Source of the DNA: Mobula hypostoma
Lineage: Eukaryota
Direction of reading: 5' to 3'
Length of the DNA: 64,000 nt
Assembly (NCBI RefSeq): GCF_963921235.1
Contig: NC_086108.1
Location: forward strand, 77,440,001-77,504,000
Shown here piece after piece: positions 37,229-48,649 of the stretch. Both the position numbers and the translations under genes were made by a program. Each line of letters opens with the position of its first letter. Position 1 is the stretch's first letter. Below the pieces are notes generated by a model, which ran no database searches, was not told where the DNA came from, and was given only the letters and a program-made list of their open reading frames with translations.

Positions 37229-37530
37229 TGGGCGGCACAGTAGCATAGTAGTTAGTGTAATGCTTTACAGTGCTAGAGATTGCATTCAACTTCCACCGCT
37301 TTCTGCTGGGAATTTTTATGTTCTCCCTGTAACCACGTGGATTTCCCCTCGGTTATCTAGTTTCCTCCCACATTCCAAAGGCATACAGGCTGGGGTTACT
37401 AAGTTGGCAAAGGAAGCAGGGAGACACTGGTAGGCTGACCACAGTACATCTTCAGACTATATTGGTCATTGACACAAATGACGTATTTTACTGTATGTTT
37501 CGATGTATGCCAAATAAAGTTAATCTTTAA
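37229..37530 (+). mobile_element. tRNA-derived V-SINE with LINE-like tail
   Basis: gggcggcacagtagcatagtagttag head; tttcctcccacattccaaag V-domain; aataaagttaatcttt end. Confidence 0.75.
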
Positions 37531-37717
37531 AGAAGTATGACAATCTTCATAAAATGTGTTTAGCTGTTTTTACATATAATGCACTTGCCCCCCAAAAAAT
37601 AATGTTTTTTATATTCCTTGAATTTGATCACAGTGTTTTTTGGAGGTTAAGAATTTGTTTTTCCCCATTCCATACTTTTAGAAGCTCTGGATGATCAAGT
37701 GAATTCATAACAACAGC

Positions 37718-37923
37718 TAGGACAAGGTTGAGTGAACTTGGCCTTTTTTTCCTTGGAGCAATGGAGGATGAGAGGTGACCTGATAGAGATGTATAAGATG
37801 ATGAGAGGCATTGATCGTGTGGATAGTCAGAGGCTTTTTCCCAGGGCTGAAATGGCTAGCACGAGAGGGCACAGTTTTAAGGTGCTTGGTCATTTTAAGG
37901 TATAGAGGAGATGTCAGGGGTAA
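37718..37923 (+). mobile_element. CR1 internal fragment lacking the 3' end
   Basis: Closely matches 15280-15478. Confidence 0.85.
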
Positions 37924-38167
37924 CCTGATGAACTGAACGCTAGCATTGCTTCTTCTAAATTCTATCTCAAACTACTGTTTAAAAATATGGGCTTGCATGC
38001 TGAAGATGATGATGAAGTGAAAAATTTCCTCTCAGACGCCAGTGTTCCTTTCTATCTCTGTTCCTCAAGTGGGCACAGAAGCAGATTCTTTAAATATGTT
38101 TAAGGCAGGGACAGGTCTATGTGGATGTTGATTGGTATGGGAATGAAATGTAATTGTGGATGGACAC

Positions 38168-38379
38168 TGTAATGTATGGATCCTATTTCTTTTAGAGCAA
38201 TGACATGCCTCCCCTCCCTTCGTACTACATACTGGTCTGTTTCCTGTGCTTAAGCTGTTGTCTACACATGTGCATTGCACTCTCTCTCTCTCTCACTGCA
38301 ATGTGAATGCACCAGTTAAAGCCATCTCCTGTATATGTGCTTTTATTTAATCGTTATGTAGTTGTGTCCAGACACAACA
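38168..38379 (+). repeat. 5' LTR, followed by a decayed PBS (tgggtgatgagtatgg, tRNA-Ser-like)
   Basis: TG...CA termini; homologous to 42424-42609. Confidence 0.85.
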
Positions 38380-41300
38380 AATGGGTGATGAGTATGGACC
38401 CAAATGTCAGAAAATATCACGATCTGCACCAACAATTACAGCACGATTACAGGATGAAACAGCAAGAGTTAAACAGTACTGAGAAGGCCATCACGGACAC
38501 TAACAAATGCATGAGCATAGTGCATAGTAACAGTGAAAGACAGGCTGAATTTAAAGTGAAAATAACGTGGTGATGGCTTCAGTCGGGAAAGTTGATGAAG
38601 TTGATAGCACTAATGAAGGCTGGGAGTCATATATCAACAGGGTGGAACTGTATTGTAAAGCAAACAATGTGGAGGAGCAAAAGAAAGCCCCTGCACTTCT
38701 TAGCTTAATGGGCCCAAGAATGTACAATCTCTTACACAACATAGTAACCCCTGAAAAGCCAGCAAGCAAGACATTTGATAGAATTGTTACAATTTTACAA
38801 AATCATTTGAGCCTTAAACTGCCGGCAATAATTGAGAGATTTAGATTTTACAAAAGGAACCAGTCAAAAGATTAAAGCCTTTCTAAATACATTGCAGAAC
38901 TGCACAAACTTTCCCAAGTACTGTGACTTTAGGGATGGACTTTACGATGCATTAAGAGACAGGCTTGTATGTAGCATACAAGGTCAAAACACTCAAAAGA
39001 GGCTACTGTCCGAAAGGGAACTAACCTTAGAACGGGCACTGACCATTGCAATATCATTAGAGACTGCTGCAAAGAGTGCAGCAGAACTCCAGAAAAGGGG
39101 GTTGGAATGTGAAATGCACAAAATATCCCTGAATGATGCAAAAAGCCAAAGATGTTATCAATGTGGCAAATCCTCCCGTGACGCAAATAACTATTGGTTC
39201 AAAGAAAAAGTCTGCTGAGAGTGTAACAGAAAAGGTTACGTAGAGAGAATATGCAAGGCAGATAAAAAGCACAACCAAGTGAAAAGTCTCAAACACAAAA
39301 CTAAGCAAATACGTAAAGTTTCTGAATGTAAAACAGAATCAGACAGCATAGAGTCTGACAAAGGTGAACTGTCATGCCTAGTACTGCATAGTATAATTGA
39401 AGCAGATCACAAAATGATCTGGATCACAACAGGTTGTGAAACTGAAAATGGAGCTGGATACAGGGTCCTCTTTGTCCACAATTCCAAAGGCTGACTACCA
39501 CAGAATGTTTTCTAAGATACCATTAGAGAATACCTCAGTGATGCTAAAGACTTACACAGGTGAAAAAAGTGTCCCCCAAAGGCAAACTGAAGGTAAGTGC
39601 ATTATCCAGGAGGCCAAACACAACAGTTGGAGCTTTATTTATCAAAATATGGAGGTCCAGTACTTTTCAGGTGTGAATGGTTGTGAAAAATCCAAATAGA
39701 CTGGCACTCAGTCAAAGCTGTCAGTGTGACATCAACAGGTGATGGCAGCCCGAATGGTAGCACTAACCAGAGACTGGCACGGCTTCTTAATGCTAATGAG
39801 AATGTGTTTGAGAAGGGGATTGGTAAACTCTAAGGCATGAAGGCCAGAATTGAACTGGATGAAACAGCAACACCGAGATTACAATAATTGCGTCCAGCGC
39901 CTTATGCACTACATCCTAGAATAGATGCTGAACTGCAGAGCTTGGAGGTGTCTGGAATTCTCTCCAGGGTTGAGTGGAGTGATTGAGCCACTGCTATTGT
40001 CCTGGTGATCGAAAAAAGGAAGGCTGAAGCTGTTTGCATATGTGGGGAATTTCAGGCTGAGCCTTGACCTAGTGCTGGATACTGTGCAATATCCCCTGCC
40101 GTGAAAAGAAGTTATTTTTGCATTTTTGGCAGGCAGGGAGAAGTTTTCAAAGATTGACTTGTCACAAGCCTATCTACAAATGAAGATTGAGAAATTAAGC
40201 AGGAAGTTCCTGACACTTAACACTCACAAGGGACTGTTCCAGTATAATCGTCTCGAATTTGGCATAGCATCAACTGCAGCAATTTGTCAAAGGGCAATGG
40301 ACCAAATGCTCCAAGATATCAGAGGAACACAACGTTACCTTGATGACATCGTCATGACTGGGAAAATGATGAAATGCACCCCCAAAACCTTAGTAAAGTG
40401 TTTACCAGGCTGAGTGAGTATGGTCTGTGCTCAAATAGAGATATGTGAGTCTTTCAAGAATGAAATCTCATATTGTGGACATGACATTGACAAGCATGGC
40501 TTACATAAGTCACAAGAGAAGATTCAAGCAGTGCTACAGGCACCCAAACCAGAAAATCTGTCACAACTCATGTCATACTTGGGCCTTGTAAACTACTACC
40601 ACCAGTTTCTCCCAAAGGTTGTTATAGTGCTGGATCTATTGAATGCACCTGCTATAGACAGGAGCAAAGTGGGAATGGTCAGAAATTGGTGAAAAAGCAT
40701 TCAAGGAAACAAGCAGACTAATAACATCTGGTGATCTGCTCACCCTTCCCTGCTCATCAGGCTAGTGTACGATGCGTCCCCTTATGGCATTGGAACCATT
40801 CTGTCACTGGCGAGTGCAGAACGCAACTATGCACTATCCTCTGAGAGACTCTTAGTCTAGTATGTAGAATAAAGAAATTCCATCACTACTTCTACGAACA
40901 GAAGTTCATGCTATTGACAGATCACCAGCCGCTTGTGTCTGTTTTCAATCCGAAAAAGGTAATTCCAGAGATGACTGCTACCCGGTTACATCGTTGGGAA
41001 CTATTCCGAGGAGCCCACTCTTATGACATAGAGTTCAAGGGTACCAAACAACACAGCAATGCTGATGGCTTGTCGTGTCTTCCACTATTGGCAACTGAAG
41101 AAGGAAAGTCTTCATGTTGTGACCAGCAGAAATGTTTCACACTGCATTGGTGGACCAGTTGTCGGTAACAATTTCCAAAATACAAAGGGAGACAAGGAAT
41201 GATCCGACATTGTTGAAAGCCAATGAAATCACCACTCAAGGATGGGCTGCTTATGTTCCCAGAGTTCACAGCACGACAAGACCAATTATCAGCATGTCAA

Positions 41301-42423
41301 AGAAAGCTGATATGTGGATCTCGTGTTGTGGTTCCCTCTAAACTGCACACCAGAGTGTTAGACAATCTGCATGAAGGACACCTGTGTACAGTCAGGATGA
41401 AGAGTCTCACCTGGAGCTATGTGTGGTGGCCAGGAATAGATAAACAGATTGAAGGCTTTGCCAAAAGCTGTTTGGGATGCCACAAAGTTCAAAATACATC
41501 TCCACACGCACTGTTACATCCATGGGAGTGGCTGTCTTCATCATGGAAAAGAGTACATATTGACCTTGCTGGGCCATTCATGGACTCCATGTTTCTGGTT
41601 GCTGTGGATGCTAATTCAAAGTGGCCAGAGGTAATATCAATGAAGTCAACCACATTAGAAAAGACCATATTCGCTCTGAGGACTATCTTCACCAGAAACA
41701 GGCTACTCAAACAAATTGTGAGTGACAATTGACCACAATACACATCAAAAGAATTCCGACAGTTCATGAAGAAAGATAGCATCAGGCATTTCAAGTCAGC
41801 TCCTCACCACCCAGCGATGAATGGGTTCGCTGAAAGGTTTATCCAAACCTTCAAGAAGCTCATTAAAGCGATGGACAAGGAGGACATCTCTCTACATCAC
41901 AAGGTGGACAACTTCCTTTTGGTGTATTAGAACTGGACCACTGATGTACACCATGGATGCTGGAGATCAGACATGGAGACATTATGTGGACCAGATACTG
42001 GATGCTGAACCAAAGAACACATCTGAGTCAAGGGCATCCAACAAGACAGACACGTTACGGTCAGCGGACTTACCTCTCAGTGATGATGTCATTGACAGCA
42101 ATGTGACACTGGAAGCAGAGAATGTTGTCTTAGACAAGACACCTACCAAACCTGATGACAATCCACAGGTGCAGATGTGCGACAAGAACATTATCATTGA
42201 TAAGACAGCCGCCAAACTGATGCCACTCCACAGGTCCAGAGGCGATATCCTGAAAGAAACAGAGTGCCGCCCAAGAGACTGAATCTTTACAACTGTGAAG
42301 TTAGTTATGGACTGTTATTGTGAAAGCATGTTTATTAGGAATATGGGTTTTTGAAAGGGAAATTAAATGTTTTGTATGCATACAGTACAGTTTTATGTTG
42401 CATTAATCTAAAGAGGAAGTACA

Positions 42424-42609
42424 TATAATGTAAGGATCTATTTCTTCTAGAGCAAGGACCCCCACATTAGCACAACATATTGACGTGTTGTCTGTGCACA
42501 CATATTGCTCTTTCTCTGTCTCTTGCTGCAATGTGAATATACCAGTTAAAACCATCTCACGTGTGCGTGCTTTTATTTAATTGATATGTAGTTGTGCACA
42601 GACGCAACA
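42424..42609 (+). repeat. 3' LTR, preceded by polypurine tract aaagaggaag
   Basis: Homologous to the 5' LTR and visibly diverged from it. Confidence 0.85.
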
Positions 42610-43299
42610 GAAACAAACTTGGGTTTGAATCTAAAATCAGGCTTGAGAGCTTGAAGGGTCTACTTGTGTTCTTAATGCACGTATTCATATTCTTGTATGA
42701 TTGTATGGGAAGCTGCATTTCTTTCTCTGATATACAATAGTGCCAAATTTTATTAGATCTATGTGTAGAGGAAAGCATGCAAATCTAGTACTATTTCAGA
42801 TATCACCACTTTGTTAATTATTCTTCACAGGGACCTTTATATTTTAAAACAAATGTAACTGAACCAAAAATTACAAGGGCATTTTGGAGTAATTACATGT
42901 TTATCTTCCATTCACATGGTGAATTTCTGTTGCAATTATAAATGATTGTTCAAATGACTACGTATTTATACATGTTTTGTAAATGTGTAAGAGTAAAATT
43001 AAGCTGCAATTTATTCTAATTTGTTTGTGTGGTGAATGTATCTGTCTGAGATGCTAGACATGTGAATCACCAGAACAGTTTGTGCTTCTTTTGTGCACTG
43101 ACTCTTCAGCTAGTGATGATTAACTTGTCGAGCACTCTAAAATATACAACAAGAACCAGATAAACAAATCAATAGGTTTTCGTTTACTTGTAGTTTCAAA
43201 GTTAGATTATTATGTCACTCCTACTAAAGAAGAAAACAGATCCTTAAGGGCACACAGCAGTCTCACCTAGGTGAGCTGAAATATGCAATTAAGCTTAAT

Positions 43300-43805
43300 T
43301 GGTAATTGTTTTATTATTACCACTGTATCAAAATACAATTAAATACTTCATTTTGCACGCTATTATACAGATAACTTCAAAACTTAAGTACCTCAAGGAA
43401 GTGCAAAGGGAGATGCAATAACAGAGTACAGAAAATACAGTTACAGAGAAAGTGCAGTGCAGGGTAGATAATAAGGTGCAAGGTCCAAGATGAGCTAAAT
43501 TGTGAGCTCAAGACTGCATCTTTAACATTTGCATCATTAACATACTAGAAGTCCACTCAAGCATTTTGTAACAGAGAATAAAAGCTGTCTTTGAGTTTGT
43601 TGGTGTGTTTTCAAACTTTTGTAGCTTCTGCCCAATGGAAGTGGGAGAGAAGAGAGAATAACAGGGTTGGATGGGTGTTCGACTGTGTTCACTGCTTTCC
43701 CGATACAGTGGAAAGTGTAAGCAGAGTCCATGGAGTGATGGCTAGTTTATGTGCTGGATTGAGCTTTGTCTGCAACTCTTTGCTATGCCGCAGGGTCTTT
43801 GGCAG
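43300..43805 (-). mobile_element. Old Rex/Babar 3' fragment
   Basis: Same family as 36372-36990; LPLGRSYKSLKTH. Confidence 0.65.
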
Positions 43806-44031
43806 AATCAAAGGGCATATGAGTGAGAAAAGGTAATGGGAAGATAAGTAAGGGGAAAGGGAATAACAGGAATGCTCAGAGAGCCAGTATAGGCTTTATG
43901 GGCTGAATGACCTTCTCCTTTGTAGTAAGAGAATACAGTATGAGAATATAAAAGGCAGGATTTGGTATAGTGCTTAGTGACAGCCAGCACCTCCTTACAG
44001 GAGGAAAATTAAAAGATGCTAACGTATTCAG

Positions 44032-44951
44032 GCAAACACGAGGAAATCTGCAGATGCTGGAAATTCAAGCAACACGCATAAAAGTTGCTGGTGAACGCAG
44101 CAGGTCAGGCAGCACCTCTAGGAAGAGGTACAGTCGACGTTTCAGGCCGAGACCCTTCGTCAGGACTAACTGAAGGAAGAGTGAGTAAGAGATTTGAAAG
44201 TGGGAGGGGGAGGGGGAGATCCAAAATGATAGGAGAAGACAGGAAGGGGAGGGATAGAGCCGAGAGCTGGACAGTTGATTGGCAAAAGGGATATGAGAGG
44301 ATCATGGGACAGGAGGCCTAGGGAGAAAGAAAAGGGGGGGGGGAACCCAGAGGATGGGCAAGGGGTATAGTGAGAGGGACAGAGGGAGAAAAAGGAGACA
44401 GAGAAAAGAATGTGTGTATATAAATAAATAAATAGCGGATGGGGTACGAGGGGGAGGTGGGGCATTAACGGAAGTTTGAGAAGTCAATGTTCATGCCATC
44501 AGGTTGGAGGCTACCCAGACAGAATATAAGGTGTTGTTCCTCCAACCTGAGTGTGACTTCATCTTTACAGTAGAGGAGGCTGTGGATAGACATATCAGAA
44601 TGGGAATGGGACATGGAATTAAAATGTGTGACCACTGGCAGATCCGGCCTTCTCTGGCGGACAGAGCATAGGTGTTCAGTGAAACAATCTCCCGGTCTGT
44701 GTCCGGTCTCGCCAATATATAGAAGGCCGCACCGAGAGCACCGGACGCAGTATATCACCCCAGCCGACTCACAGGTGAAGTGTCACCTCAACTGGAAGGA
44801 CTGTCTGGGGCCCTGAATGGTAGTGAGGGAGGAAGTGTAAGGGCATGTGTAGCACTTGTTCCGCTTACAAGGATAAATGCCAGGAGGGAGATCGGTGGGG
44901 AGGGATGGAGGGGACGAATGGACAAGGGAGTCGCGTAGGGATCGATCCCTG
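44032..44951 (-). mobile_element. PLE 3' fragment (GIY-YIG, 3' UTR, intact hammerhead 44131-44167)
   Basis: ORF 44465-44758 IYCVRCSRCGLLYIGET; minus strand agtcCTGACGAagggtctcggcctGAAACGTCgact. Confidence 0.92.
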
Positions 44952-45427
44952 CAGGCCATCTTTATACATAATAATTCCAGATTTGACATTCAGCCCGAGA
45001 TGAATCCCTAAGTCCAATCATTTGCCCTGAATAGAAACATAGAAAACCTACAGCAAAATACAGGCCCTTCAGCCCACAAAGCTGTGCCAAGCATCCTTAC
45101 CTTAGAAATTACCTAGGGTTGCCCATAGCCCTCTATTTTTCTTAGCTCCTGTAGAAAGAGAGTAACCTTACCCTAGGGAGTTTCCGATGTAATTGTATTG
45201 CACTATGTTTTTAATTAAGTGACTAATGTATAGGCAGAGTCATGATTAACTGTGGAATAATGGCCATTTGGGTTATAATTTAGATCAAATACATATGTTT
45301 AGATTCATTACACCCGACAACCCCTTACATAAGAACATAAGAAATAGGAGCAGGAGAAGGCCATCTGGCCTGTTGAACCTGCTCCGCCATCCAATAAGAT
45401 CATGGCTGATCTGAGTATGGACTCATC

Positions 45428-47881
45428 GGCAAGGACTCTTCCACCCCCACCGATGACCCCTTCTCCCGTCTTCAACCCTCCTCTTCTTCATGGACACCCC
45501 GCTCTGGTCTTCTGCCTGCTCTGGATCTCTTTATCGCTAACTGCCGACGGGACATCAACCATCTCGACTTCACCGCACCTCGTCCCCATTCCAACCTCAC
45601 TCCTTCGGAACGCTCTGCTCTCCACTTCCTCCGCACTAATCCTAACATTATTATTAAACCCGCTGATAAGAGGGGTGCTGTTGTAGTCTGGTGAACTGAC
45701 CTCTACCTTGCCGAGGCACAGCGACAACTCGCGGATATCTCCTCTTATTTACCCCTCGATCGTGACCCCACTAAGGAGCACCAGGCCATTGTCTCCCACA
45801 CTATCAACGACTTCATCCGCTCAGGGGATCTCCCATCCACTGCTACCAACCTTATAGTTCCCACACCCCGCACTTCCCGTTTCTACCTCCTACCCAAGAT
45901 CCACAAACCTGCCTGTCCTGGCCGACCTATTGTCTCAGCTTGCTCCTGCCCCACCGAACTCATTTCTGCATACCTCGACACTGTTTTATCACCTTCCGAC
46001 CTATGTTCGTGACACTTCTCACGCTCTTAAACTTTTCGATGATTTTAAGTTCCCTGGCCCCCACCGCTTTATTTTCACCATGGATGTCCAGTCCTTATAT
46101 ACTTCCATCCCCCATCAGGAAGGTCTCAAAGCTCTACGCTTCTTTTTGGATTCCAGACCTAATCAGTTCCCCTCTACCACCACTCTGCTCCGTCTAGCGG
46201 AATTAGTCCTTACTCTTAATAATTTCTCCTTTTGCTCTCCCATTTCCTCCAAACTAAAGGTGTAGCTATGGGCACCCGTATGGGTCCTAGCTATGCCTGC
46301 CTTTTTGTTGGGTTTGTGGAACAATCTATGTTCCGTGCCTATTCTGGTATCTGTCCCCCACTTTTCCTTCGCTACATCGACGGCTGCATTGGCGCTGCTT
46401 CCTGCACGCATGCAGAACTCGTTGACTTTATTAACTTTGCCTCCAACTTTCACCCTGCCCTCAAGTTTACCTGGTCCATTTCCGACACCTCCCTCCCCTT
46501 TCTAGATCTTTCTGTCTCTGTCTCTGGAGACAGCTTATCCACTGATGTCTACTATAAGCCTACTGACTCTCACAGCTATCTGGACTATTCCTCTTCTCAC
46601 CCTGTCTCTTGCAAAAATGCCATCCCCTTCTCGCAATTCCTCGTCTCCGCCGCATCTGCTCTCAGGATGAGGCTTTTCATTCTAGGACGAGGGAGATGTC
46701 TTCATTTTTTAAAGAAAGGGGCTTCCCTTCCTCCACTATCAACTCTGCTCTTAAACGCATCTCCCCCATTTCACGTACATCTGCTCTCACTCCATCCTCC
46801 CATCACCCAACTAGGAATAGGGTTCCCCTGGTCCTCACCTACCACCCCACCAGCCTCCGGGTCCAACATATTATTCTCCGTAACTTCCGCCACCTCCAAC
46901 GGGATCCCACCACTAAGCACATCTTTCCCTCCCCCCCTCTCTCTGCATTCCGCAGGGATCGCTCCCTACACAACTCCCTTGTCCATTCGTCCCCCCCATC
47001 CCTCCCCACTGATCTCCCTCCTGGCACTTATCCGTGTAAGCGGAACAAGTGCTACACATGCCCTTACACTTCCTCCCTTACCACCATTCAGGGCCCCAAA
47101 CAGTCCTTCCAGGTGAGGCATCACTTCACCTGTGAGTCGACTGGGGTGATATACTGCGTCCGGTGCTCCCGATGTGGCCTTTTATATATTGGTGAGACCC
47201 GACGCAGACTGGGAGACCGCTTTGCTGAACATCTACGCTCTGTCCGCCAGAGAAAACAGGATCTCCCAGTGGCCACACATTTTAATTCCACATCCCATTC
47301 CCATTCTGACATGTCTATCCACGGCCTCCTCTACTGTAAAGATGAAGCCACACTCAGGTTGGAGGAACAACACCTTATATTCCGTCTGGGTAGCCTCCAA
47401 CCTGATGGCATGAACATTGACTTCTCTAACTTCCGCTAGGCCCCACCTCCCCCTCGTACCCCATCTGTTACTCATTTTTATGCACACATTCTTTCTCTCA
47501 CTCTCCTTTTTCTCCCTCTGTCCCTCTGAATATACCTCTTGCCCATCCTCTGGGTCACCTCCTCTGGGTCACATCCACTGGGTCTTTCTTCCCGGACCTC
47601 CTGTCCCATGATCCTCTCGTATCCCCTTTTGCCTATCACCTGTCCAGCTCTCGGCTCTATCCCTCCCCCTCCTGTCTTCTCCTATCATTTTGCATCTCCC
47701 CCTCCCCCTCCAGCTTTCAAATCCCTTACTCACTCTTCCTTCAGTTAGTCCTGACGAAGGGTCTCGGCCTGAAACGTCGACTGCACCTCTTCCTATAGAT
47801 GCTGCTTGGCCTGCTGCGTTCACCAGCAACTTTGATGTGTGTTGCTTGAATTTCCAGCATCTGCAGAATTCCTGTTGTTTG
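45428..47881 (+). mobile_element. Neptune-like PLE: RT, Cys-rich linker and GIY-YIG endonuclease, frameshifted; inserted in a CR1 3' UTR
   Basis: TMDVQSLYTSIPH, GVAMGTRMGPSYA, RYIDG (YIDD mutated), CKRNKCYTC, VIY..YIGET; catc repeated at 45424-45427 and 47882-47885. Confidence 0.95.
47747..47783 (+). ncRNA. Minimal type I hammerhead ribozyme motif
   Basis: agtcCTGACGAagggtctcggcctGAAACGTCgactg. Confidence 0.85.
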
Positions 47882-48383
47882 CATCTCCACCTACCTGGCT
47901 TTTCCTCATAACCTTTAATTCCCCTTCAGTGGTATCAATAATGAATTATTATAAAGAAAAGATATGTGTGTATGATCAGTCATCAATCTAAATAGTAGAT
48001 ATTATTATGAGATAGCACCAGAAAATGTGAGAGAGATTTTCAGCCTTCATGTACTTTCCACATTGACCAATTTAAATACTCGCTGCAAGACTAGTATAAT
48101 ATAAACTGATGAAAGGTAGTAAAAGGTTATAGAAGGTTGAAGAAAGCATTGCCATTAGCTGTGGCAATTGCCATTGTCATTGCCAGGTCAAAATTCAGCC
48201 AGGTTTTTAAATGACATATGAATCACAAAGTGGAAAATTATTTTTCTGGATCTCTCCCCTCTTTTCAAACAGTACCCCTATCATTCCTGCAGTGCCCTTG
48301 AATAATGGTTCACAGACACATCCTGGTAAACGTGGACAACTTCCCATATCTTTAGTCCTACTTCTGAGCAAAGGTAATCATTG

Positions 48384-48478
48384 TCCTGATGAAGGGTCTC
48401 AGCCTGAAACGCCGACACTTTATTCCTTTGCCTAGATGCTGCTTGACCTGTTGATTTCCTCCAGCATTTTGTGTGTGT
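48384..48478 (+). mobile_element. Short PLE end starting at the hammerhead core
   Basis: tcctgatgaa at 48384-48393 recurs at 48479-48488. Confidence 0.7.
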
Positions 48479-48649
48479 TCCTGATGAAATTCCACTCTAG
48501 CTTTAACACATCAGCCTTTGGTCAATGAAGGAACAAGGTGTATGATGATCAAGGTCTACAGGCAGCATTAACCCCTACCCTCTTCTGTGCCCTGCACTAA
48601 CTGCAGCAGACACTTCAACACACTGGAAAGATGTCACCAACTCTGTCTT

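Larger units (their letters stand above)
38168..42609 (+). mobile_element. Full-length decayed Ty3/Gypsy LTR retrotransposon (Mag-like)
   Basis: gag WESYINRVELYCKAN; zinc knuckles CYQCGK; protease LDTGS; RT KIDLSQAYLQ/YLDD; RNase H TDHQPL; integrase YVWWPGIDKQIE/RVHIDLAGP; TSD gacac/gaaac. Confidence 0.93.

Noticed and set aside
44032..47881. PLE(-) and PLE(+) as one inverted composite like 22610-28476
   Set aside because: No shared TSD; the plus copy sits separately inside a CR1 3' UTR with its own catc duplication.
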